Shown piece by piece: positions 17,900 through 26,853 of a stretch of 64,000 bases of DNA. Both the position numbers and the translations under genes were made by a program. This stretch comes from a virus. Each line of letters starts with the position of its first letter. Position 1 is the first letter of the stretch. The DNA lies in IMG/VR virus record IMGVR_UViG_3300006310_000001; one strand, written 5' to 3'. A model generated the notes under the pieces. The model searched no databases, was not told the DNA's origin, and saw only the letters and a program-made list of their open reading frames with translations.

Positions 17900-18114
17900 T
17901 ATGGTAATACTCCAGGTTTGCCACCTTTTAATAAGTTTAATTGTGCTGATTGATGTTGTATTTTTTCTTTGAGTTGTTTTGTAATTAGACGTGCTGTAGT
18001 TTCAACTTCAATAGTATTTTCTTCACAATATTTAACAATAGCATCCACATATGACATATCTTTATGCCGTTTTACTATGTCCTCTATGATTAAAGAAAAT
18101 TCTTTTGAGTTCAT
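17899..18114 (-). CDS. gp33: late transcription coactivator gp33
   Basis: FSLIIEDIVK..SYVDAIVKYCEEN.IEVE..A.LI.K.LKEKI..A..LNLLK. Confidence 0.88.
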   Translation of the reverse strand: MNSKEFSLIIEDIVKRHKDMSYVDAIVKYCEENTIEVETTARLITKQLKEKIQHQSAQLNLLKGGKPGVLP

Positions 18115-18120
18115 TTTAAT

Positions 18121-18149
18121 ACTATAACATATTTATTAGTAAATGTAAA
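18121..18149 (-). promoter_or_regulatory. sigma70-type promoter TTTACA-N17-TATAGT upstream of gp33
   Basis: 17 nt spacer, directly upstream of the gp33 start. Confidence 0.55.
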
Positions 18150-18410
18150 GCGCCTGACTTCTGTTGCCGCCTGTCAGGCAAAGACCGTTGCCTATTAACT
18201 AGGCAGCAAGAGCATAACTTTCGTTAGCTTTTATATGTTTGTCCTTTAAAGTAGCAACCTACTATCTAACTCCAGTTAGTTTTGATTGTGAATCGATCCT
18301 GTATCATCCCCCATAAGCACACTTGAAATCAATGTGTTTATGGTGGAGATGGTGAGAATTGCACTCACGTCTTCTCCAACTATTATCTAACCTTCAACGT
18401 CAAATTCATT
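18150..18410 (-). ncRNA. ssrA: permuted two-piece tmRNA (ssrA)
   Basis: Acceptor piece GTGAG-TGCAATT-CTCAC T-arm then CATCTCC-ACCA ending at 18341; intervening hairpin; coding piece starts GGGGATG at 18311 (G3:U70 pair); tag ORF 18228-18199 = ANESYALAA-stop; 3' hairpin GCCTGAC..GTCAGGC. Outer ends approximate. Confidence 0.9.
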
Positions 18411-18792
18411 ATAAACTTATTCCTTTGCCTTTAAACTTTAAATCAAATGACTTGTATAACATACAAGACTCTAGTCCATTCATTGTTGACATAACTACAA
18501 GTGATATTGTATATGTAGGGTCAACATAATAACTTACTATAAAAACTGGTTCACCATCTGGTCTAGCTCTATCTCTACCAACAGAAACATTAACCAAAGT
18601 CATTTCGTTCTTTTCTATATATGCAAGTACACTTTCACTTGTTCCACATATAACAGGCATTTGTAACCAATATAATTGTCCTTGTTCACTTGGAAATTCA
18701 GGCAATGGTGATGTTTCCTGCTCCGCCATAGCAAGTGTGCTCATAGTTATGAGTACTGCTCCAAATATTATTGATTTTAACCTTTTTAACAT
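18409..18792 (-). CDS. secreted hypothetical protein
   Basis: Signal peptide (ALA-like cleavage site), two Cys. Confidence 0.7.
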   Translation of the reverse strand: MLKRLKSIIFGAVLITMSTLAMAEQETSPLPEFPSEQGQLYWLQMPVICGTSESVLAYIEKNEMTLVNVSVGRDRARPDGEPVFIVSYYVDPTYTISLVVMSTMNGLESCMLYKSFDLKFKGKGISL

Positions 18793-18827
18793 AAGTGACC
18801 TCTCGTGGATAATCTCTAGCCACTTTG

Positions 18828-19526
18828 TTAATGATTTTGCTTGATTTTATCTTTGTTTAGTTCTTCATAGTATTTATAAAAATACTGTATAGATTCTTGT
18901 AGTTTTGGCTCAAATATTTTTTTATCTTTGACAAAAGAACGCATTGTGCCGTCTTCACCTGCCATTAAGATAACTAATTGGTCTATGCGTTTGCCAAATA
19001 GCTCTTCATACATAATTGCATAGGCAGTTGTTTGGACAAAATAGTTTTCTATCCAATCTTCTTTACGTTCCTTGTTCGCTGTCTTGAAATCTATTACTGA
19101 TAACTTGCCATTGTACTCAGCAACACAATCAACTTGACCTGCAATGGTCAATTTATGACTGTACATAATCTCTTCTAGTAAATGTATGTTATTAATTTGT
19201 GCTAAATAAGGCAACATCAATCTAAACATACCTAAAGGTAGTACATCCCTAATACTAGGTGTTTCACCTTTGATATACTGTTCAACAAGTGTATGAGTTG
19301 CTTTGCCTCTACGTGCCGCTCTACCCATTTCCCAATTGGCTGCTTCTTCACCAACTGCTTTTCTCCACTTCTCTAATCCTGCTTTTTTCTGAACACCTAA
19401 AACTGTAGTGATAGATGGATAGTTCTTGCCATCTACATCATAGAAACGGAAACCGTTTATACGTCTACCTTTTGTTTTTGGAAGTTTTGTCTTATCAATA
19501 TTAATCCAAGTAAATTTATCTGCCAT
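18828..19526 (-). CDS. PD-(D/E)XK exonuclease
   Basis: YPSITTVLG, GKATHTLVE, IAGQVDCVA..VIDFKT, YFVQTTAYAIM. Confidence 0.88.
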   Translation of the reverse strand: MADKFTWINIDKTKLPKTKGRRINGFRFYDVDGKNYPSITTVLGVQKKAGLEKWRKAVGEEAANWEMGRAARRGKATHTLVEQYIKGETPSIRDVLPLGMFRLMLPYLAQINNIHLLEEIMYSHKLTIAGQVDCVAEYNGKLSVIDFKTANKERKEDWIENYFVQTTAYAIMYEELFGKRIDQLVILMAGEDGTMRSFVKDKKIFEPKLQESIQYFYKYYEELNKDKIKQNH

Positions 19527-19678
19527 TATTTGTTCCTCAATTTCTTTCTTAATACACTAATTCGGTGTTTGATACCATCTATTGTTGTGTACATCCATCC
19601 ACAATCGTGTGGTTCAATTTGAGTTCTGAACCACTTGATTGTATCTTTTAATACTTCAATCTGTTTTTTTATACTCAT
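19526..19678 (-). CDS. small hypothetical protein (50 aa)
   Basis: Manually read MSIKKQIEVLKDTIKWFRTQIEPHDCGWMYTTI..., downstream of a sigma70 promoter. Confidence 0.6.
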   Translation of the reverse strand: MSIKKQIEVLKDTIKWFRTQIEPHDCGWMYTTIDGIKHRISVLRKKLRNK

Positions 19679-19684
19679 AATCAT

Positions 19685-19713
19685 ATAATAACATTATATT
19701 GCCAATTTGTCAA
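19685..19713 (-). promoter_or_regulatory. sigma70-type promoter TTGACA-N17-TATTAT
   Basis: Consensus -35, near-consensus -10, 17 nt spacer. Confidence 0.7.
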
Positions 19714-19797
19714 TGCTTATTACGTACCCTTTTGAGCGTACATATCAATGATTTTATTACGTTCATTGATTCTATCATCATCAATAATTTTAACCTC

Positions 19798-20268
19798 TCA
19801 ACTAGGGTCATATGGCTCATATATCGTCTTTCCATCAGAATTTCTATAAGCTCTTAATATCTGCTTTCTATTATCTTCTGAATTCTTATATGAGCAATGG
19901 ATCCAACCGCTATTCGGTTCATCCACATTGTGGTATTCCAATATCAATTGGTCAAAATCTAAATTATCAATAATGTATTTTGCTAGTTCAGCATTTGGTA
20001 ACCCAAATATTTCAAAATCAGCGGCTTGCCCTTTGGCGTGCTGTGATTTTAAACTTGAACCTATCTTAACACATAACTCTGGTGAACGGTACCCACTTGA
20101 TACTGATACTACTTTACCATAATGTGTTCTAATCGGTTGTAGTATGTTCTCACACAATTCCTTTAAATTATCTTGGTGGTCTTCACTAGGATTATTACTA
20201 ATGCCGTGTCTTTCAGCGGTTTGGCTTTTAACCATCTCCGACAATGAAAAGTTTTCGGTTAATCTCAT
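19798..20268 (-). CDS. peptidase M15A family (Zn peptidoglycan peptidase)
   Basis: NFSLSEM, VSSGYRSPELC, SQHAKGQAADF, DQLILEY, WIHCSY. Confidence 0.9.
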   Translation of the reverse strand: MRLTENFSLSEMVKSQTAERHGISNNPSEDHQDNLKELCENILQPIRTHYGKVVSVSSGYRSPELCVKIGSSLKSQHAKGQAADFEIFGLPNAELAKYIIDNLDFDQLILEYHNVDEPNSGWIHCSYKNSEDNRKQILRAYRNSDGKTIYEPYDPS

Positions 20269-20271
20269 TTA

Positions 20272-20664
20272 TTATCCTCTTGTTAACTTTAATAGTTTCT
20301 CTATTTGACCTTTTATAATTGGACCTCTATTCGGCCAATGTATATAAGGTTCATCACTTTTTTGTAAATTGTATAAGAACGGTAACACAATCTTTTCAAT
20401 ATCTTTAAACCTTGCTTTAATAGATTCATCATCAATCTCTTTTGTTATCGTTTCTTTATCGTTCACTATTTGCATAATTTCGTTCATCATACTTTTAATA
20501 GTAGAAACATCTGACTTAACTTTAGATAGTTCTATGTTTGTACCTTCTACTACTTTAGGATCAATGCTTGGTGTGTCTGATGGTTTAGATGATACTGGAG
20601 TAAAACCCCAATCGTTATCTAAATCAAATCCACGCATAAAATCAGGTATATCTTTATCTGCCAT
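20272..20664 (-). CDS. conserved hypothetical phage protein
   Basis: 130 aa; PFLYNLQK..YIHWPNR. Confidence 0.7.
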   Translation of the reverse strand: MADKDIPDFMRGFDLDNDWGFTPVSSKPSDTPSIDPKVVEGTNIELSKVKSDVSTIKSMMNEIMQIVNDKETITKEIDDESIKARFKDIEKIVLPFLYNLQKSDEPYIHWPNRGPIIKGQIEKLLKLTRG

Positions 20665-20987
20665 TAATCTGGTACTCCGTGTTCTTTTTTGTTTATTAGT
20701 CTATGTTTAGCTCTTATTTGTTCTGTTTTAATTTCTTTTATGCCTCTACGTCTATGTGCTTTTGCAAAATTACTATTTGGGTGTGCTTCTGCAATCTTGC
20801 TATAAACATCTTTGAATCCTTGGTCGGTCTTATGAGTTATCCCTTGAACACCAGATACTATATTTAGGGGAAATAAGACTTGTCTAACGTGTGGGTTCTT
20901 CTCTAACAGTTCTTCCATTTCTGCAATCATCATAAAGTCTACCCAAGTTTTACCTGTCTTCGTATTTTCAAACGTATATCTAGGCAT
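20664..20987 (-). CDS. FmdB-like regulatory protein (Cys-less variant)
   Basis: MPRYTFENTKTG N-terminus resembles MPxYxYxC FmdB proteins. Confidence 0.55.
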   Translation of the reverse strand: MPRYTFENTKTGKTWVDFMMIAEMEELLEKNPHVRQVLFPLNIVSGVQGITHKTDQGFKDVYSKIAEAHPNSNFAKAHRRRGIKEIKTEQIRAKHRLINKKEHGVPD

Positions 20988-21123
20988 TTAAATATCTCTT
21001 CTTGTACCATTTATAAAAAGGTTTGTCAGAAAAGTACTCAAATACTGCCGAGGCAGGTACTTGGTCACTTCTGATACAATCAGCGATATCTTGATATTCA
21101 GTTTTCTTAATTTTTAATTTCAT
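20980..21123 (-). CDS. small hypothetical protein (47 aa)
   Basis: Manually read MKLKIKKTEYQDIADCIRSDQVPASAVFEYFSDKPFYKWYKKRYLNA. Confidence 0.55.
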   Translation of the reverse strand: MKLKIKKTEYQDIADCIRSDQVPASAVFEYFSDKPFYKWYKKRYLNA

Positions 21124-21301
21124 ATTTCTTTTTTAATCTATTATAGTCTGACTCACTACTTATTCCGAATTCATCATCTGCTGCCCCAAAATTATAATAC
21201 TTCTTTACCATAGGTGCAATCGTACCTTTTTTACGTCCACCTTTATTTCTATGTATACGTCTAGGAGTTCTATTACTAGACATATTTTTTTTAGATGTCA
21301 T
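21107..21301 (-). CDS. small basic hypothetical protein
   Basis: 64 aa ORF in a coupled gene run. Confidence 0.5.
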   Translation of the reverse strand: MTSKKNMSSNRTPRRIHRNKGGRKKGTIAPMVKKYYNFGAADDEFGISSESDYNRLKKKYEIKN

Positions 21302-21485
21302 TTAGAGTTTCAATAATCTCTTTATTATCTGCTATGACTTTTAATTCTTTAACAACTGTTTCAACTGAATCCATATGTGTTGCAACACCAACTGGATTAT
21401 TTAAAAATACATCCACGTTTGTCTTTGCTCTAGCAATATTACCTTCAGCGTGTTTTCTTACTGCGTCTAATATTTTCTGTTTCAT
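21291..21485 (-). CDS. small hypothetical protein
   Basis: 64 aa helical ORF, translationally coupled. Confidence 0.65.
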   Translation of the reverse strand: MKQKILDAVRKHAEGNIARAKTNVDVFLNNPVGVATHMDSVETVVKELKVIADNKEIIETLNDI

Positions 21486-21685
21486 TAATGATATGTTACC
21501 TCTTCTGGTTGATATTTACTTCTTAACTTCTTCCACACTCCGTGCCAAAAGTTCTTTGACCACTTTGTTTCTGACCTATCTAATGCTTTTTCTGCTTGTT
21601 TAATCAGTTTATCAGCACATCTAGGACAAGCGTATAAATGAGTATTCATAAGTACCATAATATCACTTTTTAACATCTTTGTCAA
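21485..21685 (-). CDS. small hypothetical protein with CxxC
   Basis: CPRC; WSKNFWHGVW. Confidence 0.6.
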   Translation of the reverse strand: MTKMLKSDIMVLMNTHLYACPRCADKLIKQAEKALDRSETKWSKNFWHGVWKKLRSKYQPEEVTYH

Positions 21686-21971
21686 TGGTCGTATTCGTTG
21701 GTGGATGTATTTTTACATCTTTACAAATATACTCTATACCTTCTTTTAATGCTCTACTAACTTTACACTCATAACCAGTTATACGTGATAATACCATATC
21801 GTTAGTTGTTGGTAAATCAGCTAAACTTAATGTAAAATCTGCACCTGTTTTTATTATAGACATAACTTTATATTCAGAATATGTACCAGCACTTGTTGCT
21901 AAAAACGCTGGTGCTGTTGCTCCACACGCATTTAAAAGTAATAGTGATAATAGTATTGCTATATTTCTCAT
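21663..21971 (-). CDS. lipoprotein
   Basis: Lipobox LNAC after a hydrophobic leader. Confidence 0.65.
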   Translation of the reverse strand: MRNIAILLSLLLLNACGATAPAFLATSAGTYSEYKVMSIIKTGADFTLSLADLPTTNDMVLSRITGYECKVSRALKEGIEYICKDVKIHPPTNTTIDKDVKK

Positions 21972-23026
21972 TTCTTAACTCCCGATTCTAAATAAGGTTT
22001 ATCCTTTGGTTCATTCCATTCCATTATCTGGTCTAGTTTGATTCTTATCTCATCTGGATCTAAACCTAATTTCATTAACTCTTCTGTACCCATTGCTTTA
22101 AAAAAGTCTTCATAATCTCTATTCTTTAAATCTCTTTTACCTAATTTACTAAAAAATGTTTTATAAAATCTTTGCTTATCTCGGAGACCTTGCGATATAG
22201 TTTTCGCTCTAGTCGCCTCCCTTTGCCAATTAATCTCTTTTTCTTTCTTCTTATTCTTCGCTTCATTTGCTAATTTTCTTTCCCTTATTGATATGTTAGC
22301 AGCAATCAATAACAATACTGCTAATGGGTCAAATACAAATATTAATACAATAATAATCCATCTAACTGCTTCATCAAAATGTTCTTTTGCTTCATCACCA
22401 TATATTAGTTCTGCAATATATTTAAGAGGTCCTACATCTGCCTCTATCTTTAATTGTTCTAATTCTATATTACCTTTCTTTAATGTCAATTCTGCAATGT
22501 TATCCATTGCAACTCTTATTTCATTATTTAAAAAATCTCTTTCTTCTTTCTGCTTTTTTCTTTCTTTAAGACCTCTACTAACATATTCTTTATCTAGGTA
22601 AACCTCTAATGCTTTGTCTAATAGGTTTAATGTCTTTTCTGCTCTATCTATAACAACGTTTTCTTGTAAAATCTGTCTATCTATTAATGCTATGTGTACT
22701 GTATTATCACTACTAGGTCTTACTTGGTCTAGGTGTGCCTTGGATAAGAACCCAAAGATACCCATACTAGTTACAAATACTAATACAATAACAGACGTTG
22801 TTAAATATGCTCTTATTGTACGTGGGAGATTTATATTTCTCCAATTATGATATAACCAACTGGCGGCAACTAACTTACCAACTTCTAATGAAGTACCCAT
22901 AGCAATAATTGCTATCTTCGCACCTGCAAATAGAGTTGCCAGTCCTATAATACTATAAGCGGCAGCAATACCTGATATAGATATAGCACTAAAAAGTACT
23001 ATGAATATAAAAAGTAAACTTCTCAT
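21968..23026 (-). CDS. multi-TM coiled-coil membrane protein
   Basis: Three N-terminal TM segments, periplasmic coiled coil, fourth TM (FVFDPLAV). Confidence 0.75.
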   Translation of the reverse strand: MRSLLFIFIVLFSAISISGIAAAYSIIGLATLFAGAKIAIIAMGTSLEVGKLVAASWLYHNWRNINLPRTIRAYLTTSVIVLVFVTSMGIFGFLSKAHLDQVRPSSDNTVHIALIDRQILQENVVIDRAEKTLNLLDKALEVYLDKEYVSRGLKERKKQKEERDFLNNEIRVAMDNIAELTLKKGNIELEQLKIEADVGPLKYIAELIYGDEAKEHFDEAVRWIIIVLIFVFDPLAVLLLIAANISIRERKLANEAKNKKKEKEINWQREATRAKTISQGLRDKQRFYKTFFSKLGKRDLKNRDYEDFFKAMGTEELMKLGLDPDEIRIKLDQIMEWNEPKDKPYLESGVKK

Positions 23027-23032
23027 TTAAAA

Positions 23033-23713
23033 TTACTCCTCTAACACTTGAGCAATTTTTTTCATCATATTGATAACTCTTTTATCATAATCTTCGGTAG
23101 TTGAAAACTTATCTAACGTAGCAATCAACTGTACTGAATCTAACAGTTCACCTTTTTCTAATAGTTTTGCTCTTAATGCTCTAAACTCTTTGTATGCTGG
23201 GTGTTCATTTAATATTCTTATATATTCTTGAACACTATTACACTTCGTTTTAAAAACTCTTACACGCCAAGGTGTGTCTTCACTCATACCAATAGGTAAT
23301 AAACCTTTATCTTTATCCCAAGTCTTAATACCAAATAAGTTATTTGCTTCTATAGCAAATCTACTTGTACCCCAACCACTCTCTAAAGCGGCTTGTGCTG
23401 TCACCATTTGAATTGGTACTCTTTTATCTGGTGGTGTTTTCCAATTTAAATAGTCAAGGCACGTATTGACTTCTATTATAAATTCTTTTTTATTTGTATA
23501 TTCAAAACTAGGTTCGTGTAGTCCTAATTTTTCTGCCCAAATTGCGTGTTCTATTCTAACTTCTTCTGTTGCTTTCTTAACTGCAATTGGATTTGGTGTA
23601 AATGTTCCCCAACCATATGCTAATGATGATACAAAAACAACTACTAAAATTGCTTTAATCCACCAATATGTTTTTCTGAAAGCACCTGAATATTTTTTTA
23701 AGTTCAGTTTCAT
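23033..23713 (-). CDS. GH73 glucosaminidase (Bax-like) with N-terminal TM anchor
   Basis: AQAALESGWGTSRFA..NNLFGI; Y..LN.HPAY..FR; FSTTEDY. Confidence 0.88.
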   Translation of the reverse strand: MKLNLKKYSGAFRKTYWWIKAILVVVFVSSLAYGWGTFTPNPIAVKKATEEVRIEHAIWAEKLGLHEPSFEYTNKKEFIIEVNTCLDYLNWKTPPDKRVPIQMVTAQAALESGWGTSRFAIEANNLFGIKTWDKDKGLLPIGMSEDTPWRVRVFKTKCNSVQEYIRILNEHPAYKEFRALRAKLLEKGELLDSVQLIATLDKFSTTEDYDKRVINMMKKIAQVLEE

Positions 23714-23994
23714 TAAAACCTCGCTATCTGATATTCATAACCACCGATTGATGGTTGATTTTTCTTTTGGACAAAACTTATCTTGTTCTGAAATTGTGCC
23801 ATACGTTTAAATATCTTTTCTGCTTGTAGTTCAGTAAAGTTATCATATATGTCTTTTGACCAATCTCCAGTATAATAAGTCATAGAGAATTCACCGTTCT
23901 CATTATCTATAAACTGTTGAATTTTGTCTGGAACCTTTAAAATTATTCTCTTTAAATAGTAGTCTAGTTCCTTTGTCTTTCTCACTTCTGCCAT
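23713..23994 (-). CDS. hypothetical protein
   Basis: 93 aa coupled ORF. Confidence 0.6.
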   Translation of the reverse strand: MAEVRKTKELDYYLKRIILKVPDKIQQFIDNENGEFSMTYYTGDWSKDIYDNFTELQAEKIFKRMAQFQNKISFVQKKNQPSIGGYEYQIARF

Positions 23995-24013
23995 AATCTA
24001 TTCCTTGTTTTAT

Positions 24014-24436
24014 TTATATATCTAATCCGACTGCTTTTAGTTTTGGTCTAAAACTAAAAAATGTATCGTTGTGATTTCCTGTATCACCTAAATTTGCCAT
24101 TTGATACAGATGGATCATTTCGTGTGCCAACGTATCAACAAATTCTTTTTTATTACCATAAGACTTTAACATTTCTAATACAAAGTTTCTAGTCCCTTTG
24201 CCTATCTTATCATTTATTACAACTTGTCCTATGTAATTTCTTGGTTTATGTACCAACTCAATATCATTAAAGGGAGATAACTTATTATCAAACACGTGTT
24301 CATTAATAAGTTTAAAATACTTTTTGATATCCTTATATGTAGTTTTATATTTTAACATCTTCACAGCAGAAAGTTCCTTCTTTAACTTTCTTTTGATTTT
24401 CTGCCTTTTTGTAACTGTTTTTGTTCTTTTAGCCAT
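24014..24436 (-). CDS. SprT-like zinc metalloprotease domain protein
   Basis: TLAHEMIHLYQ...H...F. Confidence 0.75.
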   Translation of the reverse strand: MAKRTKTVTKRQKIKRKLKKELSAVKMLKYKTTYKDIKKYFKLINEHVFDNKLSPFNDIELVHKPRNYIGQVVINDKIGKGTRNFVLEMLKSYGNKKEFVDTLAHEMIHLYQMANLGDTGNHNDTFFSFRPKLKAVGLDI

Positions 24437-24579
24437 TCTCTTTTTCTTTTTCTATCCCCTAATTCTAAAATAACAAATAAAATCATACTCCCAAGAATTA
24501 CTATTACTAATTCTCTAGGAATATATTGATATATCCAATGTAAAACGTTAACTATATTTTCAATTACACTCATAGTCAC
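24382..24579 (-). CDS. small membrane protein
   Basis: Single TM plus basic tail. Confidence 0.5.
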   Translation of the reverse strand: MTMSVIENIVNVLHWIYQYIPRELVIVILGSMILFVILELGDRKRKREWLKEQKQLQKGRKSKES

Positions 24580-24889
24580 TACCTTTTAAAAGAGCACATT
24601 TAAACTCTTTATCGTTTTTTTGTCTGATTTCACTAGCAATACTATCTAGTATATTTGGTAGGTGTTCTTGTAATACGCCACTAAATTCGTTTATCATAGC
24701 GTATACTATCCTATGTAGTTCTGCCTCCATTAAAGCAGTTGAATCTACACCGTTGCCGTCAAGGTTTTCCTTGATAACGTGTGCTATAACTGCTTTATTA
24801 TAATCATTTGCATTAGCAATATTGGATAGACTAGTAAGTCCAAACCATATTACTAAATTCAATAGTATAATAAACATCACTTTTTTCAT
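24560..24889 (-). CDS. secreted hypothetical protein
   Basis: Signal peptide; downstream of a sigma70 promoter. Confidence 0.65.
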   Translation of the reverse strand: MKKVMFIILLNLVIWFGLTSLSNIANANDYNKAVIAHVIKENLDGNGVDSTALMEAELHRIVYAMINEFSGVLQEHLPNILDSIASEIRQKNDKEFKCALLKGSDYECN

Positions 24890-24930
24890 AATATATTCTC
24901 TCTTTCTATATTTATTGTTTATATGTATCT

Positions 24931-24959
24931 ATTATACACATAAAAGAAAGGAAAGTCAA
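24931..24959 (-). promoter_or_regulatory. sigma70-type early promoter TTGACT-N17-TATAAT
   Basis: Consensus -10, 17 nt spacer. Confidence 0.75.
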
Positions 24960-24993
24960 GCACTTAAAATCAAGTAAAACCAAGTCTTTTTGA

Positions 24994-25539
24994 CTATATG
25001 TTCTTTTTTTGTTCTTCTTTTTGATACAATTCGTTCCATCTAAACGCTTCTTTAACTACAGAGTCGCTTAACCCTTTATATGCTCTATGTAATTCTTTAT
25101 TCTTTACACTAAGCAATAATCTCGCTTCGTCCATATGTAATCCTTCTAACATTTGGATAAACATAGTTTCTTTTTGAGTTTTTGTAGTTTTATTGTCTGC
25201 GCCTCTAATAAAATGCCACAAACGTTTTGCTTCAGTTTTAAGTGTTGTATGTTCAGTACCTTTCGGTGCTGGATTTTCCATATAAGGAGGTGTACCGTCT
25301 GGTAACTCCCACTCAATACTAGGATCAAATGATCCTTTTAAAAGCATCCTTAAAGATGGATGGTCATATTGTTTTAAGACCGTCAACTTTTTAGATTTAT
25401 CTTTTGCGTTATTTACTCTAGTTAAGACTTCTGAAAATAGCAAGTCACCTGAACCAGCGGTGCTGGCCATTGCTTCCATAGAGGACTTACTTATTAATGA
25501 TGGATGTTGTTTTGCTTCTTCTGCCATTTTATACTCCAA
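24994..25539 (-). CDS. conserved T4-like hypothetical protein
   Basis: LFSEVL..FDPSIEWELPDG.PPY..KETMFIQMLEGLH. Confidence 0.75.
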   Translation of the reverse strand: MEYKMAEEAKQHPSLISKSSMEAMASTAGSGDLLFSEVLTRVNNAKDKSKKLTVLKQYDHPSLRMLLKGSFDPSIEWELPDGTPPYMENPAPKGTEHTTLKTEAKRLWHFIRGADNKTTKTQKETMFIQMLEGLHMDEARLLLSVKNKELHRAYKGLSDSVVKEAFRWNELYQKEEQKKNI

Positions 25540-25560
25540 TTTCTAATATTAATCATATAT

Positions 25561-26445
25561 CTATTTATATAACTTATCTACCTGTTCCGCTGTTAATCTT
25601 CTCCCTATACTCCAAAATAGCGTCTTTTCTTTTGTAGTATCTATATTCTCTCTCATCCATTTATGTGCTTTACCTTCGTATATATCGTCAATAAAGCCAT
25701 TACCAACATCTTCCCATATGGGTTTTGAATATGGATATGGTGTTTTGTACATTTCATAATCTTGAAACTTCTTAAAACCTGATTCAAGATTACTAAATTG
25801 ATTTAAATACTCGTCAATCTTTTTACTACGGTCAACAAAGGTGACCCCTATAATTCTTTTTACTTTTTTCTTAAACTTCTCTATACCTTTTACTATACCT
25901 GCAAACTGTATACCACTACCAACTGAAATTACTATATTATCTAACTTGTCAGGTATGTTTTTAACTTGATTAGCAACACTATCAAATATTGATTCAGGAT
26001 TCGTAGCAGCACTATTACCAAACTTGATTAACATATAACCTTTTTTAGATATTACTTTCTTTTTTAATCCACTATCTATTGCAACTGTATATCCGTGACC
26101 TGCAACGTTTTCAATATCAGCACCATAGTGTCTTGATAATCTTATCATATGGTGGGTGTCTATTGTTTTAGGTGTTGTACCACCTACACCTATAACACAT
26201 TTAAAACCAAAGTCTTGAGCAACTGCCGCTATGATAGGTGCTTGTGGACTATTAACAGATGAACCTGTAACTACTCCACCGTTATATTTGTTTTTAATTT
26301 CATCTTTTAATTCTCTAAACAAGCAAATTGCCTGTCTTGTCTTACCTCCATTAACATTGTCTTTACCATATGGAGCATAATAATCATCCCTTTTGTAATA
26401 GATGTTGTTATGTATTTCTACTGGTGTTAAATCTGTTGTTTTCAT
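25561..26445 (-). CDS. PLP-dependent fold-type II enzyme (ACC deaminase / D-cysteine desulfhydrase-like)
   Basis: YYKRDD..GGKTRQ (PLP lysine), S..SPQ, VISVGSGIQFAGI, DDIYEGKA, LFWSIG. Confidence 0.78.
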   Translation of the reverse strand: MKTTDLTPVEIHNNIYYKRDDYYAPYGKDNVNGGKTRQAICLFRELKDEIKNKYNGGVVTGSSVNSPQAPIIAAVAQDFGFKCVIGVGGTTPKTIDTHHMIRLSRHYGADIENVAGHGYTVAIDSGLKKKVISKKGYMLIKFGNSAATNPESIFDSVANQVKNIPDKLDNIVISVGSGIQFAGIVKGIEKFKKKVKRIIGVTFVDRSKKIDEYLNQFSNLESGFKKFQDYEMYKTPYPYSKPIWEDVGNGFIDDIYEGKAHKWMRENIDTTKEKTLFWSIGRRLTAEQVDKLYK

Positions 26446-26460
26446 TGTATATAAAAATAT

Positions 26461-26480
26461 AGGCGACCCGAGAGTCGCCT
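26461..26480 (-). terminator. rho-independent terminator
   Basis: AGGCGAC-ccgaga-GTCGCCT hairpin with a T-rich tail on the minus strand. Confidence 0.75.
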
Positions 26481-26507
26481 ACATCAATCGTATTGGTTAC
26501 GATTCTA

Positions 26508-26807
26508 TTACGCACTATAAGCGTATTCAGTACCGTATAGTTTTTGTATCCCAGCAGCTATAATAGCTTTTGTAGGAGTACCCAATCTATAAGATGTACC
26601 TGAAGATGATTTATTAATATAAATCATATGACCTTTTGAACGTAGTTTGTCAACCATCGCTCTTGGTGATATCAGGTCATATCTGTTTCTTAAATGTTTC
26701 CAAGAAACTGGTTCACCTTTCTCAAATAAGTTTAATACTTTTTGAGTTTTAGACAGTCTTTTTCTGCCTTTAGTTGCAACTGCAACTTTACTTTTTGAAA
26801 AAAACAT
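26508..26807 (-). CDS. winged-HTH-like small DNA-binding protein
   Basis: LSKTQKVLNLF..W..LRNRY.L.SPRAMVDKLRSKGHMIY; probable start MFFSK. Confidence 0.6.
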   Translation of the reverse strand: MFFSKSKVAVATKGRKRLSKTQKVLNLFEKGEPVSWKHLRNRYDLISPRAMVDKLRSKGHMIYINKSSSGTSYRLGTPTKAIIAAGIQKLYGTEYAYSA

Positions 26808-26853
26808 AATGTTTCTTCCTCCTTTATTTTTGCTTTTTAAAGTCTGCATAGGA

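Noticed and set aside
18305-18375. Standard tRNA gene
   Set aside because: T-arm and CCA are present but there is no anticodon arm and the pieces are permuted; explained by the tmRNA. No other tRNA was recognised in the window.
18828-19526. Cas4 / CRISPR adaptation gene
   Set aside because: Lacks the four-Cys Fe-S staple of Cas4; matches the ordinary T4-like PD-(D/E)XK exonuclease.
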